Shown here: piece by piece, positions 1-9,411 of the stretch | Layout of the letters: every line of letters starts with the position of its first letter | Numbering within the stretch: position 1 is the stretch's first letter | DNA from: Phycisphaerae bacterium | GTDB lineage: Bacteria; Planctomycetota; Phycisphaerae; UBA1845; Fen-1342 | NCBI GenBank assembly: GCA_050115495.1 | Contig: JASFQK010000001.1 | Span: forward strand, 192,001 to 256,000 | Length of the DNA stretch: 64,000 nucleotides | Reading direction: 5' to 3' | Position numbers and translations under genes: made by a program | The notes under the pieces: generated by a model | The model's input: the letters and a program-made list of their open reading frames with translations, nothing else | What the model was told of the DNA's origin: nothing | The model's database searches: none

Positions 1-2
1 CG

Positions 3-2882
3 AGCGCCGAAGGTGCCTCGATCATCGTTATCGAGTTCCTGCCGGACGTGAAGATCGACGACGCGATGCAGTACGTGCGGGACAAGCTCGACGTGGCCAA
101 GGGCGAATTGCCGCAGGACGCCGAAGAGCCGGTCCTGACCGAGATCAATATTGCCGAGTTCCCGATTCTGATGGTCAGCATCTCCGGGACCGTATCGCCG
201 GTGCGGCTGAAGACGATTGCCGACCGCCTGGAGGATGCGGTTGAGGCGCTGCCGGGAGTGCTCAACTGCGACGTGCTGGGGGCGCTGGAGCGGGAGATCC
301 GGGTCGAGATCGACCAGGACAAGCTGGCGGCGTACGGGCTGACCATCCCCGAGATCATGAACCTGATCCCGGCGGAGAACGTGAACATCTCCGCCGGCGG
401 CCTGGAGACGCCGGGCACGAAGTTCAACGTGCGCGTGCCGGCGGAGTTCGTGGATCCGGCGGAGGTGGACACGCTGATCCTGGCGACGCGCGGGGGCCGG
501 CCGATCTACCTGACGGACGTGGGCCGGGTGCACGACACGTTCAAGGACCGCGCGGCGTTTTCGCGGCTGGACGGGCAGGAGAGCATCACGGTCACCGTGC
601 AGAAGCGGGTGGGCGAGAACATCCTGGCGGTCGCCGAGTCGGTGAAGGCGGTGCTGGTCGAGTTTAGGAAGCGGCTGCCGGCGGGCGTGAAGTTCGAGAT
701 CACGCTGGACCAGTCCGACGACACGCGGATGATGGTCAGCGATCTGGAGAACAACCTGCTGTCGGGGCTCATCCTGGTGATCGCGGTGCTGCTGGTGTCG
801 CTGGGCTGGCGGCCGAGCCTGATCGTGGGGCTGGCGATTCCGGCGAGCATGCTGCTGAGCGTGACGGTCCTATACGCCCTGGGCTACACGCTGAACATGG
901 TCGTGCTGTTCGGGCTGATCATGGGCCTGGGCATGCTGGTCGACAACGCCATCGTGATCGTGGAGAACGTCTACCGGCACTACCAGCTTACCGGCCGGCG
1001 GCTGCACGCGGCGCGGGTGGGTACGAGCGAGGTGGCCTGGCCGGTGATCACCTCGACGGCGACGACGGTGGCGGCGTTCGTGCCGCTGATCTTCTGGCCG
1101 GGAATCATGGGCGGGTTCATGAAGTACCTGCCCATCACGCTGATTATCACGCTGATCAGCTCGCTGTTCGTGGCGATGGTGATCAGTCCGACGCTGGCGT
1201 CCGTTTTTGTCCATGGGCGCCTGCGGGACGTGTCGCAGGAGAGCTGGATCATCCGCGGCTATCGCCGGGTGTTGGAGGGGGCGCTGGCCCATCGCTTCAC
1301 GACGCTGGCGGTGGCGGTGATGCTGCTGGCCGGGCTGGGCATGCTGTACGGGAAGCTGGGGCACGGCGTGGAGCTGTTCCCCGACTTCGACCCGCGGCGG
1401 GCCCTGGTGAACCTGCGTTTCCCGCAGGGCACGAACATCCATGAGACCGACCGCGTGGCCCGCATCGTCGAGGAGCGGCTCCAGCCCTACCTGGACAGCG
1501 GCGAGCTGAAGCGGATCATCGCCAATGTTGGCGGCGCCGGCGGTGGTGATCCCGCTGAGGGTAACTCGAGCGGGCCGCACGTCGGCTGGATCACGCTGGT
1601 CTTCCAGGATTACGAGGACCGGAAGCGGCCGTCGGCGGAGGTCGTGGCCGAGATTCGGGAGAAGCTGACCGACCTGGCTGGTGTGGAGGTCAAGGTCGAG
1701 AAGGAAAAGGAAGGGCCGCCGACGGGAGCACCGGTAATGGTGCGCCTCATCGGTGAGGACTTCGAGATGCTGGAGCAGCTCAGCGGGCAGGCGCGGCAGA
1801 TGATCGCCGACGTGTCGGGGCTGGTGAACCTGCGCAGCGATCTGGAGGCGGCGCGGCCGGAGCTGGCCTTCCGCGTGGATCGCCGGCGGGCGACGCTGCT
1901 GGGCGTGAACACGGCGGTGGTGGGGAACTTCCTGAAGACGGCGGTGTTCGGTTCTGAGGTGGGCAAGTATCGGCAGTTCAACGACGAGTACGACATCACC
2001 GTGCGCCTGCCGGAGCGCCAGCGGCGGTCGATCGACGATTTGCTGCGGCTACATGTGCCCAACCAGTACGGCCAGGCGGTTCCACTGAGCTCGCTGGGCG
2101 AGTTCGAGTATCGCGGCGGCTTCGGCACGATCCGCCGGGTGAACCAGAAGCGGGTGATCACGCTGAGCGCGGATACGGAGAAGCGGCAGTCGAACGAGGT
2201 GTTGGCGGACGTTCAGGAGCGGCTGGCCGGGCTTGAGCTGCCGATGGGCTATCACCTGGAGTACGCCGGCGAGAAGGAAGAGCAGGACGAGGCGGCGGCG
2301 TTCCTGAGCAAGGCGTTCGTCGTGGCCCTGTTCCTGATCGTGCTGATTCTGGTGGCGCAGTTCAACACGCTGGTGGTGCCGTTCATCATCATGACGACGG
2401 TGGTTCTGTCGCTGGTGGGCGTCTTCGCCGGCCTGATTATCTGCTCCATGCCGTTTGGCATCATCATGACGGGCGTGGGCGGGATCAGCCTGGCGGGCGT
2501 CGTGGTGAACAACGCCATCGTGCTGCTGGACTACACACGACTGTTGCAGGGGCAGGGTATGGCCCTGGTGCCGGCGGCGGTGCAGGCCGGCGCGACGCGA
2601 TTGCGGCCGGTGTTCCTGACGGCGGTCACGACGATTCTCGGACTGATCCCGATGGCGGTCGGCGTCAGCTACGATTTCCACGAGATGGCCTGGGCGACGC
2701 GCAGCGAATCGAGCCAGTGGTGGGCGAGCATGGCGATCGCGGTTATTTTCGGGCTGGCCTTCGCGACGCTGCTGACGTTGTTGGTGGTGCCCACGCTGTA
2801 TGTGAGCATCGCCCGGGTCCGCGAACGCCTGGGCTGGGGGCAGGCGCTGGAGGATGCGGAGCCGGCGGTGGCAGTGGAGTAG
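3..2882 (+). CDS. RND family (AcrB/AcrD/AcrF) efflux transporter permease, 5'-truncated by window edge
   Basis: Open frame from position 3 (SAEGASIIVIEF...). RND motifs GMLVDNAIVIVENVYR, GVVVNNAIVLLD and RLRPVFLTAVTTILGLIPMA; two TM clusters separated by large periplasmic loops. Confidence 0.95.
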   Translation, partial: SAEGASIIVIEFLPDVKIDDAMQYVRDKLDVAKGELPQDAEEPVLTEINIAEFPILMVSISGTVSPVRLKTIADRLEDAVEALPGVLNCDVLGALEREIRVEIDQDKLAAYGLTIPEIMNLIPAENVNISAGGLETPGTKFNVRVPAEFVDPAEVDTLILATRGGRPIYLTDVGRVHDTFKDRAAFSRLDGQESITVTVQKRVGENILAVAESVKAVLVEFRKRLPAGVKFEITLDQSDDTRMMVSDLENNLLSGLILVIAVLLVSLGWRPSLIVGLAIPASMLLSVTVLYALGYTLNMVVLFGLIMGLGMLVDNAIVIVENVYRHYQLTGRRLHAARVGTSEVAWPVITSTATTVAAFVPLIFWPGIMGGFMKYLPITLIITLISSLFVAMVISPTLASVFVHGRLRDVSQESWIIRGYRRVLEGALAHRFTTLAVAVMLLAGLGMLYGKLGHGVELFPDFDPRRALVNLRFPQGTNIHETDRVARIVEERLQPYLDSGELKRIIANVGGAGGGDPAEGNSSGPHVGWITLVFQDYEDRKRPSAEVVAEIREKLTDLAGVEVKVEKEKEGPPTGAPVMVRLIGEDFEMLEQLSGQARQMIADVSGLVNLRSDLEAARPELAFRVDRRRATLLGVNTAVVGNFLKTAVFGSEVGKYRQFNDEYDITVRLPERQRRSIDDLLRLHVPNQYGQAVPLSSLGEFEYRGGFGTIRRVNQKRVITLSADTEKRQSNEVLADVQERLAGLELPMGYHLEYAGEKEEQDEAAAFLSKAFVVALFLIVLILVAQFNTLVVPFIIMTTVVLSLVGVFAGLIICSMPFGIIMTGVGGISLAGVVVNNAIVLLDYTRLLQGQGMALVPAAVQAGATRLRPVFLTAVTTILGLIPMAVGVSYDFHEMAWATRSESSQWWASMAIAVIFGLAFATLLTLLVVPTLYVSIARVRERLGWGQALEDAEPAVAVE

Positions 2883-2896
2883 GGCCGCGAGCAAAC

Positions 2897-2926
2897 TTGG
2901 AATCGACGGGGGTGTTTCGCTATAGT
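2897..2926 (+). promoter_or_regulatory. Possible sigma-70 promoter
   Basis: TTGGAA-N18-TATAGT, about 55 nt upstream of the 2980 start. Confidence 0.35.
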
Positions 2927-2979
2927 GGGGGTTGGTCTTGCGCGTGAATCTCAGTCTGCGCGGAGAGGAGAACGGCGTC

Positions 2980-3837
2980 ATGAAACGACGAGCGGTAGCG
3001 GTATGGATGGGCGTGTTGCTGTTGGCGCCGGCCTGGGCGGCGCCGGCACCGATCGTGGTGCCGATGAACCAGAGCCAGTCGGTGCTGAACTTCGAACTGT
3101 GCATCGCCGACTCGTGCAGCAGCGATTCCTCGAGCGTGGCCGGGTCGGTGACGATCGGCCTGGACGATTATCAGCAGCCGTCGCAGATCTGGCTGTACGA
3201 TTTCGACCTGCAACTCGCGGAGAGCCTGCACTGGTCGATCAGTTGGGGCTTCCTGGGCAGCTTCACGGCCGACGCCACGGGGGCGGCGCTGACCTACGCC
3301 TATCCCGGCACGCCGCTCGGGCCGGGGGCCATCGTCGGTGACCAGTTCACGCTGCTCGACGTGCCGGCGAACGCCGAGGGAACGCTGACGTATCATGCGT
3401 CGGGAGTCCCCTGCTGGGCCCTGGAGGGGGCCAGCATGCCCTGCGACGACACGCGTGATCTGAGCGAGGGTGGCACGCAGGTCGCCGACGAGTTCGCCGG
3501 TACGGTGACCGTGCAGGATTACGTCGTCACGTTGTCGACGTCGCTCGATCTGATGGTGCCGCTCATCCCGGAGCAGCCCGACGTGGCGACGCTGCATGTG
3601 TGGGGGACGGTGCGCGGGCAGGCGGAGCTTCCGCCGCCGGCGCTGGGCGACATGAATGATGATGGGGCGGTGAACAACTTCGACATTGCCCCGTTCGTGT
3701 TTGCCCTGACGCATACGGAAGCGGAATTCCTGGCGCAGTATCCGGGCGGCTGCTACGCGTGTGCCGATGTGAACGACGACGGCGACGTGAACAACTTCGA
3801 TATCGGCCCGTTCGTGGCCCTGCTCACGGACAAGTAA
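2980..3837 (+). CDS. Secreted protein with C-terminal dockerin-like (paired EF-hand) domain
   Basis: RBS GAGGAG; signal peptide MKRRAVAVWMGVLLLAPAWA; duplicated GDMNDDGAVNNFDIAPFV / ADVNDDGDVNNFDIGPFV. Confidence 0.85.
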   Translation: MKRRAVAVWMGVLLLAPAWAAPAPIVVPMNQSQSVLNFELCIADSCSSDSSSVAGSVTIGLDDYQQPSQIWLYDFDLQLAESLHWSISWGFLGSFTADATGAALTYAYPGTPLGPGAIVGDQFTLLDVPANAEGTLTYHASGVPCWALEGASMPCDDTRDLSEGGTQVADEFAGTVTVQDYVVTLSTSLDLMVPLIPEQPDVATLHVWGTVRGQAELPPPALGDMNDDGAVNNFDIAPFVFALTHTEAEFLAQYPGGCYACADVNDDGDVNNFDIGPFVALLTDK

Positions 3838-3878
3838 GCGGCGGGGACGACAGACAGCTCACTGGCCGCGCAAAGACA

Positions 3879-3906
3879 CAGCGCCGGGCGAGGTCGCCCG
3901 GCGCTG
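3879..3906. terminator. Hairpin between convergent genes, probably an intrinsic terminator for ilvE
   Basis: Perfect 12-bp stem CAGCGCCGGGCG-aggt-CGCCCGGCGCTG, followed on the minus strand by TGTCTTT. Confidence 0.6.
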
Positions 3907-3950
3907 CACCGCTGTCCCTCCTCACATGAACCGTTCGCGCCGCTAGTCGT

Positions 3951-5075
3951 CTACGCCTTCGGCGGGACGACGCGGACCCAACCGTGCGGGTCCGGGGCGT
4001 CGCCACACTGAATGGCGGTAAGGCGCTCGTAGAGCTTCACGCAATTGGCGCCGGGCTGGCCGTCCTTCGAGTAGACGACCTTGCGGTCGTGCCAGGTGAT
4101 CGAGCCGACGGGCGTGATCACCGCGGCGGTGCCGCAGCAGCCGGCTTCCTTGAACTCGAAGATCTCCTCCACCGGGATCGGGCGCCGCACGGGACGCAGG
4201 CCCATCTCGTCGGCGAGCGTGACGAGCGACTTGTTGGTGATGGACGGGAGGATCGACGGACTCTCGGGCGTTACGTACTGGTTGTCCTGAGTGATGCCGA
4301 AGAAGTTGGCCGGGCCGGACTCGTCGATGTACTTCTTCTCGCGGGCGTCGAGGTACAGCACCTCGGTATAGCCCTTGGCGCGGGCGGCCATACTGGCCCG
4401 CAGGCCAGCCGCGTAGTTACCGCCGACCTTGACGTCGCCGACACCCTCGGGCGCAGCACGGTCGACGTGGTCCTCGACGATGAGGTTCACCGGCTTGAAG
4501 CCCGTCTTGAAGTAGGGCCCGACCGGCGTGACGAAGACGAGGAACATGTACTCGGTGGCCGGCTTGACGCCGACCTCTGCCCCGGTGCCGATGACCAGCG
4601 GCCGGATGTAGAGGCTCGCACCGTGGCCGTACGGCGGCACGAAGCGGCGGTTGGCGTTGATCGTGCGGAAGACGGCTTCGAGGAAGAGCTCTTCGGGCGG
4701 GGCCTCCATGTGGATCTTGCGACAGGAGCGAATCAGGCGCTTGGCGCTTTCGTCGGGGCGGAAGACGACCACGTCGCCGGCCTTGGTCTCGTAGGCCTTG
4801 AGGCCCTCGAAACACTGCTGCCCGTAGTGCAGGCAGGTGGCGGCGATGTGCACGGGCATGGTCTCGTCACCGGTCAGCACGCCGCCGTCCCAGTGCCCGT
4901 CCTTCCACGTATAACGCGCATGCTGATCGGTCTTCAGGTAACCGAACGGCAGGCTGGCCCAGTCCAAATCCGCTTTCGTCATGTGTACTTCTCCGCTGCC
5001 GTCATGGCCGGGCGGCACCGGTTCGACCTTTTCTTCGTACCGCCGCGCTGCTCCGGCCGAGGTTAGCTTGGTCAT
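3951..5075 (-). CDS. ilvE: Branched-chain amino acid aminotransferase (alternative start 4982)
   Basis: LHYGQQCFEGLKAY, LYIRP, KVGGNYAA (PLP lysine), ILPSIT, GCCGTAAVITPVG. Confidence 0.95.
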   Translation of the reverse strand: MTKLTSAGAARRYEEKVEPVPPGHDGSGEVHMTKADLDWASLPFGYLKTDQHARYTWKDGHWDGGVLTGDETMPVHIAATCLHYGQQCFEGLKAYETKAGDVVVFRPDESAKRLIRSCRKIHMEAPPEELFLEAVFRTINANRRFVPPYGHGASLYIRPLVIGTGAEVGVKPATEYMFLVFVTPVGPYFKTGFKPVNLIVEDHVDRAAPEGVGDVKVGGNYAAGLRASMAARAKGYTEVLYLDAREKKYIDESGPANFFGITQDNQYVTPESPSILPSITNKSLVTLADEMGLRPVRRPIPVEEIFEFKEAGCCGTAAVITPVGSITWHDRKVVYSKDGQPGANCVKLYERLTAIQCGDAPDPHGWVRVVPPKA

Positions 5076-5327
5076 GTTAACGCCTCCTACAGGCTACACA
5101 ATGGCGAGCCGCACCGGCGCAGCAACCACCCGTGGTCGGCGCGGCTAGCTCTTGGTTCTAACTGTACTTGCAGCACCCCCCGGTGTGTGTCGTGCATCGG
5201 CGCGGAGGCCGCTGGTCGTTCCACCTGGCACCTCACGTTAACTGGATTTTGACAGATGCACGGGGGGATTTCAACCCGCGCCGGCGGGTGGCGCAGGCCG
5301 ATAATCGTGCGCAATAGAGCGTTACAC

Positions 5328-5915
5328 CTAGGGCGCGGAGTGCACGCGCGACTCTGTCGGCCGGCCCTCGTCCGCCGGCTGCGTGGCCGTCGGGGCGAGG
5401 TCGGCGGCGTAACGGCGTTTGAAGGTTCGCCACTCGGCGGCGGCGGGCGAGAGGACGGCGTCGCCTTCGATGCGCGTGCCGTCGCTGCATTGCACATCGA
5501 GCGTCAGCTTCCAGCGGTGGCGGGCCAACCAAGCCGGGCGGATGCACACTTCGCCGCCGGTGAAGACGGTCTTGCCGCGCCGGGCGCCGACGGCCTGGAT
5601 GAGGAAGCCCTGCACGCCGCCGGGACCGTGCTCGTCGACCGGGTACGTCCCTTCGCCGGGAGGCGTGGCGAGATGGACGAGGAAGTCGCGCGGGCCATCC
5701 TTCGCTCCCGGGAGCGGGAAGGCCAGCAGGACCTGCCGGCGGCCGTTGTCGTCCGCGCAGTAGCTCCAGTCGCTGGCGATCTCGAGGTGTTGTTGCGCGG
5801 GCGGGGCCGTCGGTTGATGCAGCACCAGGCGGGCCCGCGGCGCGCAGCCGGCGGAGGCGGCCAGCAGCAGGCTCAGTCCGGCGACGAGGATCGGTCGGTG
5901 ATGAGTGAGTTGCAT
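5328..5915 (-). CDS. Hypothetical lipoprotein
   Basis: Signal peptide with lipobox LAASAG-C. Confidence 0.7.
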   Translation of the reverse strand: MQLTHHRPILVAGLSLLLAASAGCAPRARLVLHQPTAPPAQQHLEIASDWSYCADDNGRRQVLLAFPLPGAKDGPRDFLVHLATPPGEGTYPVDEHGPGGVQGFLIQAVGARRGKTVFTGGEVCIRPAWLARHRWKLTLDVQCSDGTRIEGDAVLSPAAAEWRTFKRRYAADLAPTATQPADEGRPTESRVHSAP

Positions 5916-6059
5916 GCGGTCAGGATAGGCGCAGGCGGCCGCGATGGCCAGATGTCGGCGGCGCTCGCGGGTCGGCGGTCGGGGGATCGGCTATACTGCC
6001 GCCGGTGGGGAGCGAGCCGACCCGGTCTGCGCCGGGTGGCGAAGAACAAGGAGTTGAGC

Positions 6060-7403
6060 ATGTTGAACGCACCGGCCCGCAGCGCGTGGTGCTGCGCTTG
6101 CATCATGTTGGTTCTGGCGATCGTGACGGCGGCAGGGGCCGGGGAGCCGCAGTCACGCGTGCTGCTGCTGGTGGACGAGTCGATCTATCCCGAGATCAAG
6201 GATGGGCTGGCGACGTACATCGGCCACGTGGAAAGCGAGTTCGACGTGAAGCTCACGCCGGTGGTGGAGGCGTTCTACGAGCAGGATCCGTCGGCGATTC
6301 GGGCCATGCTGCGCAAGGAGTACGCCGCCGCCGGTCCGAAGCTGGTCGGGGCGATCATGGTCGGGCCGATTCCGTACGCGTTGCGGGGCGATCCGGCGGA
6401 GATCGTGATCCCGGCGCCGCTGTACTACGAGGATTTCGACGCGGAATACGAGGACGCGAACGGCGACGGCGTCTTTGAGGATGGCGAGATCAAGAACGAT
6501 CGCGTGAACAACCCGACGGAGATCTGGACGGCGTGGTGGGTGCCGCCGGCGAACGACGGGCCGACGCAGGTGAAGCTGCTCAAGGACTGGCTGGTCAAGC
6601 TGGATCGGTACTACCGGGGCGAGATCGTGGGTCGCGACCAGATGTTGTGGCTGGTCGGGAACGTGATGAACGTCGAGGTGTGCGAGGGGTGGACGGTGCT
6701 GCTGAAGGACACGATGCAGCCGCTTGCGCAGAAGGTGTACATCTGGTGCCGCATCGGGCAGGACGAGGGTACCTTCCGCCCGTACAAGCGGTACGACGAG
6801 TTCGGCCCGCGCGATCTCATCCGGGCCTTCACGCTGCGGCCGTGGCAGCACTGCCACATCAGCGCCCACGGCAATCAGCGCGGCTGGTACTGGGACCACA
6901 CGGGCGTGGTCGCGGCGCGGCGGACGGACGGCCAGCCGGAAGCGACCGTGCTGCTCGACGTGGCGACGCTCGACGGCACGGCGGCGAACATCGTGACCAC
7001 GTCCGGCTGCGGCAACGGCAACTTCCGCGGCGACTATCACACGGTGGCCTACGACCGCAGCATGGGCAACCAGCTTCTGTTCTCGCCGCACACCGTGACG
7101 ATCGCGTACTACGGGGCGGCGTCGCCGCAGTCGACGAGCGGTTTCGCGGGTTATCTCACCGAGCTGGTGGAATCGCTGAAGAGCGACGGGGGGAGCTACC
7201 TGGCGGAGGGGTACTACAAGATGCGCAACCACGATTACTCATGGGGGACGCAGCACTACTTCTTCCGCGGGGGCGATGAGAAGATCCTCAGCGGCGATCC
7301 GTTCGCCCGCTATCGCGACAGCGCGCCGCCGACGGCGGAGGAGCAGGCGGCGATCCAGGCGAAGATCGATGAGGCGAGGTGGGAGACGGCCGGACCCTGG
7401 TAG
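6060..7403 (+). CDS. Secreted protein, putative clan CD (gingipain/C25-like) cysteine peptidase
   Basis: RBS AAGGAG before ATG 6060; signal peptide; ISAHG and IVTTSGCGNGNF resemble the His-Gly...Cys dyad; C-terminal ILSGDPF resembles the gingipain LLGDP motif. Confidence 0.6.
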   Translation: MLNAPARSAWCCACIMLVLAIVTAAGAGEPQSRVLLLVDESIYPEIKDGLATYIGHVESEFDVKLTPVVEAFYEQDPSAIRAMLRKEYAAAGPKLVGAIMVGPIPYALRGDPAEIVIPAPLYYEDFDAEYEDANGDGVFEDGEIKNDRVNNPTEIWTAWWVPPANDGPTQVKLLKDWLVKLDRYYRGEIVGRDQMLWLVGNVMNVEVCEGWTVLLKDTMQPLAQKVYIWCRIGQDEGTFRPYKRYDEFGPRDLIRAFTLRPWQHCHISAHGNQRGWYWDHTGVVAARRTDGQPEATVLLDVATLDGTAANIVTTSGCGNGNFRGDYHTVAYDRSMGNQLLFSPHTVTIAYYGAASPQSTSGFAGYLTELVESLKSDGGSYLAEGYYKMRNHDYSWGTQHYFFRGGDEKILSGDPFARYRDSAPPTAEEQAAIQAKIDEARWETAGPW

Positions 7404-7416
7404 GCGCGGCGCAGCG

Positions 7417-8061
7417 TCAGCCGGCGCCGAAGAGCCGTCCGATCACCTGGCCGCCCAGGGTGCACAGGACGTAGCCGCCACAGATAACCAGGGCGAGCAC
7501 ACTGCGCCAGACGGCGCCGGCGCGATGCCAGAGGGCGGCGATAGCCAGGGCGCTGCCGGCGATGGCGACGAAGAAGCTGCCGAACAGGATCGCGAGGAAC
7601 CAGGGCTCCTTGGCGAGCTCCAGGGTGGCGGCTTCGGTGGCCGCCGAGATCTCTTTCTGTGTGACGTCGCGGCTGGTGGGCTGCGAGGCGGTGTCGATGC
7701 CGAGTTTCGCGCTCATGCGGGCGAGCAGATGGAACATCGCGGTGCCAGCGAGCACGGCGAGCAGGAGGGTGCAGGCCAGGGCGAAGTTGGCGTAGGCGGC
7801 GGCGGCGCGTCGCCGGCGGAGTGCCGGCAGCGGTGGGGCCCCGACGAGCAGGCTGTCGACCGGTGCTGGGGGAAGTTCAGACGGGGTCAGCGTGGATGAT
7901 TCGGCCGGCCGGGCGGTGGGGACGCTTTCCGGCTCGTAGGTTGAGGCCGCCGGGACGGTGACGACCTGCTGGCAATAGGGACAGGCAGCGCGGCGGCCGG
8001 CGAACTCGTCGTCCACCTCGATGGGGTGGCTGCATCCGGGGCAACAGAACTGGATCGACAT
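7417..8061 (-). CDS. Zinc-ribbon membrane protein (planctomycete type)
   Basis: N-terminal CPGC...CPYC, Pro-rich linker, about three TM helices. Confidence 0.75.
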   Translation of the reverse strand: MSIQFCCPGCSHPIEVDDEFAGRRAACPYCQQVVTVPAASTYEPESVPTARPAESSTLTPSELPPAPVDSLLVGAPPLPALRRRRAAAAYANFALACTLLLAVLAGTAMFHLLARMSAKLGIDTASQPTSRDVTQKEISAATEAATLELAKEPWFLAILFGSFFVAIAGSALAIAALWHRAGAVWRSVLALVICGGYVLCTLGGQVIGRLFGAG

Positions 8062-8175
8062 GGGCGCGGGTCCAGGGGGCGGCGCGGCGGCCGGGCACAG
8101 TGTCCGGCGAAGCGGGCGCCGCGATCTGGCGCGATGATAAGCGGGGGCGGGGCCGCTGGCCACCGCACGGGGCGG

Positions 8176-9402
8176 CTACTCGTAGCGCAGGGCGTCGACC
8201 GGGTCGAGGCGGCTGGCCTTCAGCGCCGGGTACAGACCGCTGAGCACGCCGACAATGGTGGCGGTGGCGACGGCGGTGATGGTGACCATGGGGGTGACCT
8301 GCGTGCGGAAGAAGCCGACGATCATCTTGTTGAGCAGGTCGGCGAACATCCCGCCCAGGAGCAGGCCGAAGCCGCCGCCGAGCAGGCTGATGATGAGGGC
8401 CTCGACGAGGAACTGGATGAGGATGTCGCCGCGGCGGGCGCCGACAGCCATGCGCACGCCGATCTCGCGCGTCCGTTCGGTGACGGAGACGAGCATGATG
8501 TTCATGATGCCGATGCCGCCGACGAGGAGGGAGATGCCGGCGATGCTGTAGAAGACGATCTTGTAGATCAGCATGAGCTGATTGAAGTTCTGGAGCGACT
8601 CTTCCTGGTTGTAGACGCGGAAGTCGTCGGGCTGGCCGGGGCGAATGCGGTGGGCGCTGCGCAGCAGGCGGGTGACCTGCTTCTGCGTCTGCTCCATGCG
8701 GGAGGAGTCGACGACGCCGATCGTGACGCGGTTGAGCCACCGGCGGTTGAAGATGCGCTTGAGGCCGGCCTTGATGGGGATATAGACGGCCTCGTCGGCG
8801 TCGAGGAAGCCGAGGGAGCCCTTCTTCTCCATGACGCCGACGACACGGAAGGCCCGCTCACCGACCTTGACGATCTGGCCGACGGGATCCATGCCACCGA
8901 AGAGCTCGTCGGCGACCTTGGCCCCGAGACAGACGACGGACGCGCCTTCATCCTCGCTTTGGCTGCGGGTGATGGCCTCGCCGAGCACGGCCTCGAAGGC
9001 GTGCATGGTGAAGTACTCGTTGGACGTGGCGATGACGCTCGCGCCGGGGAAGGAGTTCTGGTAGTACTTGATGAGGGAGCTGCCGACGCACTCCGGGGCG
9101 ATGGTGTCGATGTCCTTGGCCATCTCCCGGCGGAGCATGCGTACGTCCTCGAGCGTGAGCGTCTGGGCCGAGCCGACGGGGCGGCCCTCGACGAAGGCCA
9201 CGTCGGGCGTCACGTAGAGCAGGTTCGAGCCGAGGGACTTGAAGCGCTTGGCGATGTCGTTGGAGAAGCCCTCCAGGATCGACATGCAGGCCACGACCGA
9301 GGCCACGCCGATGAGCACGCCGAGCGTGGCCAGCAGCGAGCGCAGAAAGTGTGAGTCGAGGCTGCGCAGAGCCGTCCAGGCGAGTCGCAGATAGAAGAAC
9401 AT
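8176..9402 (-). CDS. MacB/FtsX-type ABC transporter permease
   Basis: RSLLATLGVLIGVASVV, ISLLVGGIGIMNIMLVSVTERTREIGVRMAVGA, ASRLDPVDALRYE. Confidence 0.95.
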   Translation of the reverse strand: MFFYLRLAWTALRSLDSHFLRSLLATLGVLIGVASVVACMSILEGFSNDIAKRFKSLGSNLLYVTPDVAFVEGRPVGSAQTLTLEDVRMLRREMAKDIDTIAPECVGSSLIKYYQNSFPGASVIATSNEYFTMHAFEAVLGEAITRSQSEDEGASVVCLGAKVADELFGGMDPVGQIVKVGERAFRVVGVMEKKGSLGFLDADEAVYIPIKAGLKRIFNRRWLNRVTIGVVDSSRMEQTQKQVTRLLRSAHRIRPGQPDDFRVYNQEESLQNFNQLMLIYKIVFYSIAGISLLVGGIGIMNIMLVSVTERTREIGVRMAVGARRGDILIQFLVEALIISLLGGGFGLLLGGMFADLLNKMIVGFFRTQVTPMVTITAVATATIVGVLSGLYPALKASRLDPVDALRYE

Positions 9403-9411
9403 ATCACTCCA

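Noticed and set aside
5170..5270. SRP RNA, 6S RNA or T-box identity for the ilvE leader
   Set aside because: CAGG-N10-AGCG resembles SRP domain IV but lacks the stem and GNRA loop. The rod is too short for 6S, and GGGUGGUUGCUGCG is a poor T-box match. Kept only as an unclassified structure.
5256..6059. N-terminal extensions in the ORF track (5256, 35524, 46092, 43784, 13920, 11322, 12594, 21523)
   Set aside because: They overlap other real genes. Better starts with RBS, signal peptides or domain boundaries lie downstream.
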